Positions 52,900 through 64,000 of a stretch of DNA of 64,000 nucleotides are shown here, in pieces; the first letter of the stretch is position 1; the number at the start of each line of letters is the position of its first letter. Where the stretch lies: NCBI GenBank assembly GCA_049724395.1, contig JAUGWO010000118.1, forward strand, positions 1 through 64,000. The letters are read 5' to 3'. The notes beneath the pieces are model-generated. The model was not told the origin of the DNA, made no database searches, and was given only the letters and a program-made list of their open reading frames with translations. The DNA is from Spongospora subterranea f. sp. subterranea (taxonomy: Eukaryota). Made by a program: the position numbers and the translations under genes.

Positions 52900-53689
52900 T
52901 GTGGCGCCGTGCCGTTGCCGCCCATCACTTAACCTATCTCCCACTGTTTTGGTGTCTCACTGTCGTATGTAATTATGTTTCACTGACGGACTTGCCCGCC
53001 AGTGGTACTTCTTGCGCAATCTCTCTATCAAATAAACACTCCTCTTAATGGCCTAGAGCTGTCACAATGATCATTAGACATTCATGAGTCCGTCGGGCGA
53101 GATGTTCTCCGACGTTAAACACGCTGTACCCAAGCCTTAACATGCAATACCCGCAATTCCAGGACGAGCCCCAGTTGCCGATCCATCATGCAATACCCGC
53201 AATTCCCGGACGAGCCCCAGTTGCCGATCCATCATGCAATAACCGCAATACCAGGACGAGCCCCAGTTGCCGATCCATCATGCAATAACCGCAATACCAG
53301 GACGAGCCCCAGTTGCCGATCCATCATGCAATAACCGCAATACCAGGACGAGCCCCAGTTGCCGATCCATCATGCAATAACCGCAATACCAGGACGAGCC
53401 CCAGTTGCCGATCCATCATGCAATACCCGCAATTCCAGGACGAGCCCCAGTTGCCGATCCTTCATTGAAGCCAGACCCGTTTTACTCGCACAAGTGCATT
53501 TCATGATTTGTTGAGGAGGCAATGTGGCGCCGTGCCGTTGCCGCCCATCACTTAACCTATCTCCCACTGTTTTGATGTCTCACTGTCGTATGTAATTATG
53601 TTTCACTGACGGACTTGCCCGCCAGTGGTACTTCTTGCGCAATCTATCTATCAAATAAACACTCCTCTTAATGGCCTAGAGCTGTCACA
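52900..53689 (+). mobile_element. TRIM / miniature non-autonomous LTR retrotransposon (790 bp)
   Basis: 167-bp near-identical TG...CA LTRs (52900-53066 and 53523-53689), 5-bp TSD CGACC on both sides, and PPT-like GAGGAGGCAA before the 3' LTR. No protein domains. Confidence 0.93.
53141..53460. repeat. 46-bp tandem array, 7 copies, inside the TRIM
   Basis: Units start at 53141, 53187, 53233, 53279, 53325, 53371 and 53417 (CATGCAATAMCCGCAATWCCAGGACGAGCCCCAGTTGCCGATCCAT), with no spacers. Confidence 0.95.
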
Positions 53690-54144
53690 CGACCTGGAGA
53701 CGTCGAAGTGCGATCCTGGCTGCACAGTGAGCAATAAATGGGCTGTCGAACGAGGAGCCCTGCATATCTAAACCCGAAATGGTATTTAGCTGTACTATCT
53801 GAACCGTGGCCTTGCCCCCCACCATGAAGCTATTTTTAGAAATTGCGTGGGCACAATGGACTTTGATTGGGGTGATTTTCCGTGGCCTTCTCAGATTGGT
53901 CACAGTGGGATTGGTCACTGCAAACCAGTGGCTGGAAAGTCCGGCCGGACAGCCCTCCCCGTCGCCGCCGCAGCTCGAAGACTAACAGCAATGCCCTCTG
54001 GAAAATAAAGAGCCTCGGACAAAAATGTTGGTGATCTGCCCCTCAAACACCGCGTCCAATCCGGAAACCCTCAATTGACAGAGTACACTCATCGTCAAAG
54101 CCGGTATAGGACGAGAAAGCGCCATTTCGGTTAACGAATCGATA

Positions 54145-55704
54145 ATGCCAACTGCGATTTGCAGGTTATTGGTTGCGTTTACGATTGCAGTTCTCGGAAT
54201 TAGTTTTGATATTCAGAAACACTTGTCGACCCATACTCCATATTATGGAAGTTTCAACCCGCTTTCAACTCCAAACCATGCGGGTTCGTGTGTATTACAC
54301 CAAGTTAATATGGTTATTCGACACGGTTCCAGATTTCCTAACAAATCGACGATCGAGCTTGCTTTTCAGCTTCATCGGCATATACATTCGAATCCTTCTC
54401 TGGGCAAAGTCTCAGTTCCGGATTGGCTTCTTAGTTGGGCTCCCGCATTTGACAATGAGGACGCTGGTGAACTGACTACGCTAGGTCTAACAATGCTCCG
54501 CCAAAATTTATTGTCTCTGACCTCATCTCAGGTATGGAGGAACAATACAATTTGGCGCAACGCCTACAACAAAGATTTCCCGAAGTATTCAAAAAACCAT
54601 ACCATCCCAATCATTGTAAATTGCGTTCAACTCAAAAAAGTCGTGCTGGACGTAGTGCGAGTGCGTTTGCGCTTGGGCTCTGGCATGGAACTGGGCAAGT
54701 CACTAATTTCAAGTTTCAGCCTGCGTTTATATATACGACAGGCGAGCTAGATAATGATATTGTTCTGCGACCTTACGATGCATGCCCTGCGTATTCAAAT
54801 CATCGGAAGGCGAACTCAACCAGAAAACATTACAGAGAATATGTTGCGAGAATAAGCCCAGAAATCGCGAGTGGTATCAATCAACGTCTTTTCAACAGTC
54901 TGCAAGTCATTCCCCGCAAATATCGTCATGGTTGCCTGGAAAGTGTGCAAAGCGGAAATGTCTGCGATTGGGGAGTCAGTAATTTGCGATTTTTTTTCGA
55001 AAACTGACGTTGAGCGCCTGGAACTGGCGGACGACATTGAGTCCTACTGGGAGAAAGGCCCAGGTCACCAGATTAATACCAAGATCGTTTGCCCATTGCT
55101 AGAGGATTTGATAGATTCTTTAAAAAAAGCAGCATCACATCAAGAAATGCATTTGCACTTAGACCTTCGCTTTGCGCATGGCACAACTTTGATTCCGCTC
55201 ATATCTGCTCTGGTATTCTCCTCAAAAATGAATGTTGAGTTTAAGACGGTATTTGATTGTTTTATATAGGGTCTTTTCCAGGACGATTTTCACCTCGATA
55301 GTACAATAAATCAAGAGCAGATAGAAAGACGCCAATGGCGCATGAGCAATTTGTGCCCTTATGCTGCAAACATCGCAATTCACTTGTACCGCTGCGACAA
55401 TAATCAACGCGCTTATATCGGCATATTTCACAACGAACAGATGATCAAACTACCATTTTGCGGTAACAGTTGGCTCTGCTCTTTGACGTCTTTTGAGAAG
55501 TACATTGCAAAAGTTCATCAACCTTGCGATCATCAGAGATTATGCCTCCTCAATACTATGGGCGAGGCCAAGGCGTCAGTACGCATCTCTGAGAAAGGAT
55601 TCATCGGTTTCTGCGTCTTTTTTGCCTTCATGTTAGTTGGGGTTTTGGCTCTCTGTCTATGGTGTGCTCGCTTTCGGGAAAGTACAAAAACACTTGATTC
55701 CTAA
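54145..55704 (+). CDS. MINPP1: Multiple inositol polyphosphate phosphatase-like histidine phosphatase, copy 1 (signal peptide, C-terminal TM)
   Basis: RHGSRFP motif, GELTTLG and LRFAHGTT, with two introns. An extra C at ~54912 relative to copy 2 causes a frameshift. Confidence 0.85.
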
Positions 55705-56615
55705 CTGTAAAAAACATTTTTCTTAAAGAAATTATGTGGCTCGTTCTACGTTGCGAGTCATTCTGTCCAAAACCAAGCTTTTCTACTAGTTCATATACCA
55801 AAAGTCTGTCTGGAGTGATTAGTACAGGAACGGTTCGAACCAGATTTCCCCGACGTCAGGCGACAGCGTGCTTGACATGATATCGAACAGGTAGAAGAGT
55901 GTCGATTCTCCACAAAACTGAGTACGTCCCCAGAACAGTCAAAGGGGTGAATGGACTGGTCCTAATGCTGGCATGCTTCACATTCAAACGTATAATGAGC
56001 CACACTGGGGTAGTTTCTGGATATTTATCTTCGCATACCGACTCTTTCGTTGGAATCGAGTGAACCAGTTCCCATAATCTGTCTCTCGTTCTTGAATTAG
56101 TTCTCAACAACCTCTGAACATTGTAGTATTGAAAGATAACGACTTTATCGAACAAAGTAGCGGTTTGACCTCGGCAAGTTTAGTTGTAAGAATCGGGTCT
56201 TCATCGTCTGTAAGATAGATTGGTGTTGATTACCAATTCTTTATCCGTGTGCGCGCCATTGGTAATTGGTCAAGCGAGGCGCCCCTTTCGAAACTGAGAA
56301 AGGAGCGGCCAGCGGCGCACAGTTCAGTCAGGGCCTCAGTAAAGTGGAGCTGACAGTTAAAGTGAGAGAGAGAGAGCGGACACCGAATCAACAGACTACC
56401 GACAGCTGCAGCTGTTGGCTTAGCATAATCCTCTCCACAATTTATTTACCAAAAACGGACAAAGTAGGTCCCATTCAAGGTCCAAACCTGAGATTGGGAG
56501 TAAACAAATCAGTATAACGATAGAGTCGCCTGTAAGAGCTTACACATTTCCACTACCATTAGCTGATCATTGCTTTACGGTATGGTGAAATTCAGCATTA
56601 CGATTGAGGCCTTAA

Positions 56616-56725
56616 ATGAGGCCTGACGACAATGATGGACTGATCACCGAACGGCAATCCGAAGCGTCTTTGGCGTTTGTAGTTGCAGTGCGGTTGGAAT
56701 GGCTCGAAGCTGCGAGTTTATTTTA
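56616..56725 (+). pseudogene. Truncated duplicate of the kinesin first exon
   Basis: [26 protein letters not shown] is nearly identical to the sequence from 62104. Homology stops at 56725. Confidence 0.75.
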
Positions 56726-56792
56726 CAGAATTGACTGGATCACAAAGCTGGATCAAAAAGTGCGTATTAGTCTTTTGACCCAGTCAATTCTG
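56726..56792. mobile_element. Tiny TA-flanked inverted-repeat element / Tc1-mariner-type terminus
   Basis: TA-CAGAATTGACTGG...CCAGTCAATTCTG-TA, with CTGGATCAAA repeats continuing to ~56886. Confidence 0.55.
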
Positions 56793-57157
56793 TACAACAA
56801 AAAAGACTGGATCAAAATCAACAGTGGTTCAAAACTTCAAGTGCGCGAATCGGAAAGAATAATCCGGTTCAAAAGACTGGATCAAAGCACTCGATATTTC
56901 GATTAAAAATCAGAGGCCCCGCCATTGAGATGACTAATGGAGGCCCTAGCACAGCGGAGCGACCTTCCCGCGTTGGTAGAGTCGGCTGCGCAGCGAAGCT
57001 TGCAGTGCCGACCTCACTTGGGAGTATCGCTTACACAAGTTAACCAATTGGAAAAAATCTGCCGAAAAGTGGATATCTTGACAGCTTCCATGCAGTTGTC
57101 AAAGGCTCGATGACAGGGTTTATATTACAGTCGACTTTTTTTTGAAAATTTATTCTT

Positions 57158-58770
57158 TTATAATTTTTTAGGACAAGATTTTGACCTTGTTGTGTGTTCC
57201 GATTGTAGACAATTGGAGCAAGTTTTGATTATATTTTTACACCTTTTCGCACCCAGTGTAGTGTTTGCCTTCTCATCGTCTTTGACAATGGCAACGGAGC
57301 GGTCAATGTTATCCACCGTTTCTGTGGCAGAATCAACAATAGCGAAGCTAATCAGATACAACATCATTACCACCAATACTCTGTTTGAGACTGTAGAAGA
57401 CAACCCTTGACAGCTTGCACTGCTACTCAAGATTCATGGAGTGAAAGTTTGCACGTCCGTTGTTGACTAAATCGTATACACATAAAAACCACATAATGGA
57501 ACGATATTAGCTCGAATAATGGCATAAAAATGACGGCCCCATTCCTTCGTAGAATATATGCGGCTCCCCAACTGCCAATCATGACCGTTTACGGTCATGA
57601 CTTCAGGATATCGTAGCTGCTCGCTATCCATCCATCCCAATTTCGATGCAAATCACCTTCTGCGATAACTTCACCTTCGTGTTGCAGTGAATTACTTTGA
57701 GGTGGAAACAGGTGCAGGCTCTCAACATCCATTCGTCAATGCCAGTCGCTGACCACGGATTCAAAAGATCGGGAAGATTGTCACCTAGTTGCTCGACCAT
57801 CAACGCTGAAATCTCCTGAAGATTACAATCACGTATAGTCGGCAATACCAATTTCTTTCCAAAAACATTCCAAAATAGGCAAACCCCTTGTTGAGTAACC
57901 ATTTTCATGTCCATCGTCACAGAACAGGGAGCGCTGAAAAACAACCCATTAGGCGCATTTCGAATCAGTAAACGTTGACATTTTTCACATGAAGCGAGAT
58001 ACAGAAATCTGAGTGATCATCCACTTGGAACAGCGCTTGTAAAACGGTGGCAGGATTACCAAACTGGCCTGAACGGAAAAGTCTTCGGTCATGTACCACG
58101 AAGTCGACAACTTGACTGAGACCGGATTTGAGCAGTCCAGTAATATTTGTATCTGACGACGCCTCGGACCCGATTTAAAAATGATTAAGCATTCTGATGA
58201 AAGGCTCATAACAACAGTCAGGATACAGCAAAGCATTCATCTGAGTGACATAGAGTTAAGAGTTAGATTTGCACAAATTTAAACAACAATCCACGTACCG
58301 GACAAGCCTTGAAACATGCAAATAGACATTCTATTAGGGACGTGATGTAGCACGTGTTATTGTCATGGTCATAACTTTGGTACAAGGTGATTGTATTTCT
58401 GTCAATGTTGCGGCTGCCTTTGGGGCGACCTAACTTAGCCCCTAGCTTGAGACCATGAGCGTTCATAGATGCCCCAGTGATTGTGACATATGAACTGATG
58501 AAGCCGTTTCTTTGCGCTTCAGAAAAAAAATCCATAATTGGCACCGAAACACATCTCTATAGGTTTCAGCTTCTCTTCGTGAGTGGCAAGTTGCCCTGAA
58601 CAGACAGCGGCGACAATCATATTCAGTAGGCAAGTAAAAAAAATGAGCTTCGTGATGAGCTGAAGTTAAACCCGAACTCCACGTGAACAGAACCGGAACC
58701 CACCGCTTCACAGCAGACAATATACTGCTGAAGTCAGCAGAAATCCATGCCGAAAGTATGAATATGTGGC
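57158..58770 (-). mobile_element. Decayed MULE transposase with USP-like protease domain and C-terminal zinc knuckle
   Basis: RWVPVLFTW...HHEAHF and MDF(F)SEAQRNGF (MULE DDE region), DNNTCYITSLIECLF (Cys box), GRHFYA (His box) and CSNCLQSEHTTRSKSC. Confidence 0.65.
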
Positions 58771-58797
58771 ATTGGTTACAGTTCCCCCGATTTTTCT

Positions 58798-59439
58798 AAG
58801 TGGAACCTTTCAGCCGGAACCTGGCGACGCTGACAGGGGTATAGCAGAACCTGAATTTCCTGTAAACTGTTAATCCTATAGATGGAACTCGTCGCCAATT
58901 CATTTTTTTTATAACAGTTGCGCATTTTCTGCAGGAGGAACACCTTTGTAACGAGTATTTCTCTTTCACAAAAATACAAACAGGAGGGGTGACACCTCTA
59001 CCTATTGTAGTAGGAGTGTCGTTATGCGGGCATTGTCAGAGCGACATCGGATCCACAAACCTTGCGGATCAAGGTCGACGGCATCGGCGCTGAGCAGGAT
59101 CGGGTTGGCATTAACGTTCCAGCGTTTGGGTTGTTCAAGGTTCGCCATCTAAATGAGACCCGGGTCCAAATGAGATGAGCAAGATGGCGGCGGTTTATCC
59201 AGTCGGAAAACCCCAGGCTGGACCCGGGCCCGCAGAAACATTCTGCATGGCGTACCGGCGGGGGGTGTCACCCCTCCTGTTACTATTTTTGTAAAAGAGA
59301 AGTAGGCGTTGCGCAACTTTAATTTAAAAAACAAGGAATTCGCGACGAGTTCCATCTATAGGAGTAACAGTTTATAGGAAATTCAGGTTCTGCTGTACCC
59401 CTGTCAGCGTCGCCAGGTTCCGGCTGAAAGGCTCCACTT
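58798..59439. repeat. Long imperfect inverted repeat (arms ~58798-58996 and ~59264-59439)
   Basis: For example CAGCCGGAACCTGGCGACGCTGACAGGGGT and AGGAGGGGTGACACC are mirrored on the other arm. Confidence 0.85.
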
Positions 59440-59679
59440 CGCCACCAAAGTTATCGGTTAATTTCCTTACTGCAAAAAGCAGTAGACGTCGCCATGCCCT
59501 CTGGAAAATAAAGAGCCTCGGACAAAAATGCGGTGATCGGCCCATCGGCAGATCAAAGGTCAAAGCCTTGCGTCCGATTCGAAACCCCTCAATTGATACA
59601 GGAAGCGTAAAGTGTATATTCAACGCCACAGTCGGTATACAGTTGCAGGAAGAGAAAACGCCAGGTTAACGGATCAGTA

Positions 59680-61241
59680 ATGCCAACTGGGATTTGCTGT
59701 TTATTGGTCGCGTTTACGGTTGCAGTTCTCGGAATGAGTTTTGAAATTGAGAAACACTTGTCGACCAATACTCCATATTATAGAAGTTCCAACCCGCTTT
59801 CAAATCCAAACCATGCGGGTTCGTGTGAATTACACCAAGTCAATATGGTTATTCGACACGGTTTCCAGATTTCCCACCAAAAAGACGATCGAGCTTGCTT
59901 CTCAGCTTCATCGGCATATACATTCGAATCCATCTCTGAGCAACGTCTCAGTTCCGGATTGGCTTCTTAGTTGGGCTCCAGAATTTGCCCATGATGACGC
60001 TGGTGAACTGACTACTCTAGGTCTAACAATGCTCCGGCAAAATGTATTGTCTCAGACGACTGACCTCATCTCAGGTATGGAGGAACAATACAATCTGGCG
60101 CAACGCCTACAACAACGATTTCCCGAAGTATTCAAAAAACCATACCATCCAAATCATTGTAAATTGCGTTCAACTCAAAAAAGTCGTGCTGGACGTAGTG
60201 CCAGTGCGTTTGCGCTTGGGCTCTGGCATGGAACTGGGCAAGTCACAAATTTCAAGTTTCAGCCTGCGTTTATATATACGACAGGCGAGCTAGATAATGA
60301 TATTGTTCTGCGACCTTTCGATGCATGTCCTGTGTATTCAAAACAACGGAAGGCGACTTCAACCAGAAAACAGTATAGAGAATATGTTGCGAAAATCAGC
60401 CCAGAAATCGCGAGTGGTATCAATCAACGTATTTTCAACAGTCTGGAAATCATTCCCGCAAATATCGTCATGGTTGCCTGGAAAGTGTGCAAAGCGGAAA
60501 TGTCTGCGATTCGGGGATCAGTAATTTGCGATTTTTTTTCGAAAACTGACGTTGAGCGCCTGGAACTGGCGGACGACATTGAGTCCTACTGGGAGAAAGG
60601 CCCAGGTCACCAGATTAATATCAAGATCATTTGCCCATTGCTAGAGGATTTGATAGAATCTTTGAAAAAAGCAGCATCACATCAAGAAATGCATTTGCAC
60701 TTAGACCTTCGCTTTGCGCATGCCGAAACTTTGATTCCGCTCATATCTGGTCTGGTATTCTCCTCACAAATGTTGAGTTATGACGGTATTTGATTGTTTT
60801 ATATAGGGTCTTTTCCAGGACGATTTCCACCTCACTAGTGCAATGAATCAAGAGCAGATAGAAAGACGCCAATGGCGCATGAGCAAATTGTCTCCTTATG
60901 CTGCAAACATCGCAATTCACTTGTACCGCTGCGACAAGAATCAGCGCGCTTATATCGGCATATTTCACAACGAACAGATGATCAAACTACCATTTTGCGG
61001 TAACAGTTGGCTCTGCTCTTTGACGTCATTTGAAAAGTACATTGCAAAAGTTCATCAACCTTGCGATCATCAGAGATTATGCCTCCTCAATACTATGGGC
61101 GAGGCCAAGGCGTCAGTACGCATCTCTGAGAAAGGATTCATCGGTTTCTGCGTCTTTTCTGCCTTCATGTTAGTTGGGATTTTGGTTCTCTGTCTATGGC
61201 GTGCTCGCTTTCGGGAACGTACAAAAACACTTGCTTCCTAA
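59680..61241 (+). CDS. MINPP1: Multiple inositol polyphosphate phosphatase-like histidine phosphatase, copy 2
   Basis: RHG(S)RFP after removing one extra T at ~59862, LRFAHAETLIP, signal peptide and C-terminal TM helix. Confidence 0.88.
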
Positions 61242-62103
61242 CTGTAAAAAACATTTTTCAAAAGAAATTATGTGGCTCGTCAAAAGTTTGTCTGGAGTGA
61301 TTAGTACAGGAACGGTTCGAACCAGATTTCCCCTACGTCAGGCGACAGCGTGCTTGACATGATATCAAACAGGTAGAAGAGTGTCGATTATCCACCAAAC
61401 TGAGTACGTCCCCAGGACAGTCAAAGGGGCCAATGGACTGGTCCTAATGCTGGCATGCTTCACATTTAAAAGTATAATGGGCCAGACTACCAGACTGGGG
61501 TAGGGTATTCTGGATATCAGCAGCTTCGCATACCGAATCTTTCGTTGGAATCGCGTGAACCAGTTCCCATAATCTGTCTCTCGTTCTTGAATTAGTTCTC
61601 AACAACTTCTGAACATTGTAGTATTGAAAGATAACGACTTTATCGAACAAAGTAGCGGTTAGACCTCGGCGTTGTGGAAATCGGGTCTTCTTTGTTTGTA
61701 AGATAGATTGGTGTTGATTACCAATTCTTTATCCGTGTGCGCGCCATTGGTAATTGGTCAAGCGAGGCGCCCCTTTCGAAACTGAGAAAGGAGCGGCCAG
61801 CGGCGCACAGTTCAGTCAGGGCCTCAGTAAAGTGGAGCTGACAGTTAAAGTGAGAGAGAGAGAGCGGACACCGAATCAACAGACTACCGACAGCTGCAGC
61901 TGTTGGCTTAGCATAATCCTCTCCACAATTTATTTACCAAAGACGGACAAAGTAGGTCCCATTCAAGGTCCAAACCTGAGATTGGGAGTAAACAAATCAG
62001 TATAACGATAGAGTCGCCTGTAAGAGCTTACACATTTTTACTACCATTAGCTGATCATTGCTTTACGGTATGGTGAAATTCAGCATTACGATTGAGGCCT
62101 TAA

Positions 62104-64000
62104 ATGAGGCCTGACGACAATGATGGACTGATCACCGAACGGCAATCCGAAGCGTCTTTGGCGTTTATAGTTGCAGTGCGGTTGGAATGGCTCGAAGCTG
62201 CGTGTTTATTTTATTGACTTGGTTATCGACAGCGTCCGTCCTGAGTCGGATTCTGAGCTTGTCAATCCGCGGCATTCAAATATAATTCGTGTTTTGAACG
62301 ACAACGTGCTTGTTTTCGATCCGAAGGATCCTGACGATGAGTGGACTCGAACGGGTTCGATAAACATATTTTTCAGTTGGACCTTCCTAAATTTTGGGTC
62401 AGGGGATGTTTCTTTAAATGATGGATTCCATGGGGACGATGTCGCCGAACCCAGCTTCGGGACCCGAAAACGTGGTCTTCGGAAATTAACATCCAGTCGA
62501 AGGCCTCATAAAGATACTACGTTTGCCTTCGACTGCGTGTTTGGCCACAATGCCACTCAACAACAGGTACGTAGTGCTTTAGTGCTTTGTCGGATCATAA
62601 ATTCGAAAATAAACCTTTTTGATAGGTGTATAATAACACTGGCCGTGTATTAGTTAATTCGGTTTTCGACGGATTCAACTCTACAGTATTCGCTTACGGT
62701 GCCACAGGGTCTGGGTATTATAAACAATATCAGATAATGTTTTTGATACAGTATCACAGGTCAGGAAAGACGTGCACAATGGTCGGAGATACCTTTATTG
62801 GGCCTGGTTTGTATTGATTTTGAACTGCTGTGTGGATATTTCATTAATTAAGGTTGCAGGTGTCATGATTCTTTCAATGCGTGATATATTCGAGCATATA
62901 CAAGCGAACATGTCTGATCTTGAATGTCGGGTTCAGCTATCGTATTTGGAAGTATACAATGAAGAAATCAAAGATCTATTGGTTGAGCAGCCTCCTCTAC
63001 TCCATCAATCTCATTGTCTCAGCGATATCGGTCACAAGTTCACTCGCGTGAAATCCGCAGGGCTGGAAAAGCCAAGACGGTCAAGTAAGCAAGTTCCTGG
63101 TGAACACTCCTTAGCCTTGCGAGAAGACCCTGGCAGGGGAATATTTGTTGCTGGATTGTCGGTCCACGAACCAACCAGTGCAGTTGAAGTATACTCCATG
63201 TTGCCTTCTCAAGTTTGAAATAACGGCTGATATCAGGTCTTTGATTTGCTAGCGCGAGGCAATCTTCGGAGAACACAATGTGCCACTGATGCTAATGCGC
63301 GCTCGTCTCGTTCTCATGCTGTTCTTCAGGTGACAGTCTCCGTAAAAAATCGGTATGTGTTTTACATGGCAGCGAGCAACGTTGTGACTTTTTGCAGAAC
63401 CGCAGACTGTCAAATGGAAGTTCGAACCGGTAAACTCTCACTGGTTGACCTTGCTGGTAGTGAAAGAGCTGCTGTCACCAAGGTATCACAGTTTTCGGCT
63501 CATGTCAACTTGGATTGTTATGGAGTCGATTGTTTTTTGTACCTTAGAATCGGGGCAGTATGTTACGTGAAGGTGCAAATATCAATCGATCCCTCCTAGC
63601 CCTTGGGAACTGCATCAATGCCTTGTGCAAAAATGCTACTGGGGGCCATGTCCCCTTTAGAAACTCCAAACTAGTTAGTTCTATGCTCTTTTCTTTTGAT
63701 TTTTGTTTGAAATGCAATGTTTGTTAGACTCGTTTACTGAAAGATTCCCTTGGTGGGAATTGCAGGACAGGTTAGAAAACCTTCGCTCTTAATCGACCAT
63801 GACCTTATCACATATTTTTTCAGTCATGATTGCCAATATCAGTCCATCTTCGCTATCATACGACGGTATGAGGTATTGTGTGTACGCCTGCGGCCATGAC
63901 TAAATATTCGCTTAGATACACAAAATACCTTGAAATATAGCAACCGAGCTAAAAACATCAAAACGTTCGTCCGAAAAAATGCTCAAACAGTGCATTACCA
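62104..64000 (+). CDS. Kinesin-8 family motor (KIF18/KIF19-like), partial, multi-exon
   Basis: [92 protein letters not shown] and [12 protein letters not shown]. Confidence 0.9.

Larger units (their letters stand above)
47213..53918 (-). mobile_element. Large decayed P-element/THAP9-like DDE transposase gene, interrupted by a MULE and a TRIM
   Basis: Minus-strand fragments in order: NLPGPSWCHLQR, LSFDAT (~50905), SVCTDGV|VYERSF (rejoined across the MULE TSD), DFASD..VLQLC, and LEHAFGICR (~47850). Including the part 5' of ~52 kb is inference. Confidence 0.55.
53991..62213 (+). repeat. Segmental direct duplication (~2.7 kb): 53991-56725 and 59494-62213
   Basis: Co-linear, high identity across the MINPP gene, the intergenic region and the kinesin first exon. 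Confidence 0.93.

Noticed and set aside
53141..53460. CRISPR-like array
   Set aside because: Units are contiguous with no unique spacers, there are no cas genes, the context is eukaryotic, and the array lies inside an LTR element.
55800..56520. ORFs between MINPP and kinesin conserved in both duplicates
   Set aside because: Conservation is explained by the recent duplication. A small spliced minus-strand gene is possible but could not be modelled reliably.

Overview
Eukaryotic nuclear DNA from a gene-dense microbial eukaryote with short GT-AG introns (mostly ~50-90 nt). BBS8 and a CFAP52-like gene imply a flagellated stage. A phytomyxid/plasmodiophorid-like protist is a guess, not proven. 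No rRNA, tRNA or CRISPR array was seen. Layout: (i) 1-4.1 kb, nested DNA-transposon remnants (PIF/Harbinger Myb gene and TIRs, a Tc1/mariner-superfamily transposase, a mariner fragment). (ii) 4.7-28.7 kb, host genes: MGMT, a secreted Lys/Tyr/Asp/Glu repeat protein, Derlin, COQ9, BBS8, a CFAP52-like WD40 protein, NSUN2, ORC5, HSP20, a signal-peptide SAM methyltransferase, RPL29 and glucosidase I. (iii) 29-40 kb, degenerate sequence plus DPM2, a PQ-loop protein and a bZIP factor. (iv) 42-54 kb, a TE nest: a decayed Copia, and a P-element-like DDE transposase interrupted by a MULE (9-bp TSD) and a TRIM carrying a 7x46-bp array (5-bp TSD). (v) 54-64 kb, a ~2.7-kb duplication of a MINPP1-like phosphatase plus the 5' end of a kinesin-8, with a second MULE remnant between the copies. 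Most notable: a MULE family apparently carrying a USP-type (C19) deubiquitinase-like domain, the array-bearing TRIM, the Tyr/Lys-repeat secreted protein, and a MINPP paralog with HGT in place of the HAE catalytic motif. Many single-base frameshifts in conserved genes look like assembly indel errors. Family assignments come from motif recognition only; no searches were run.
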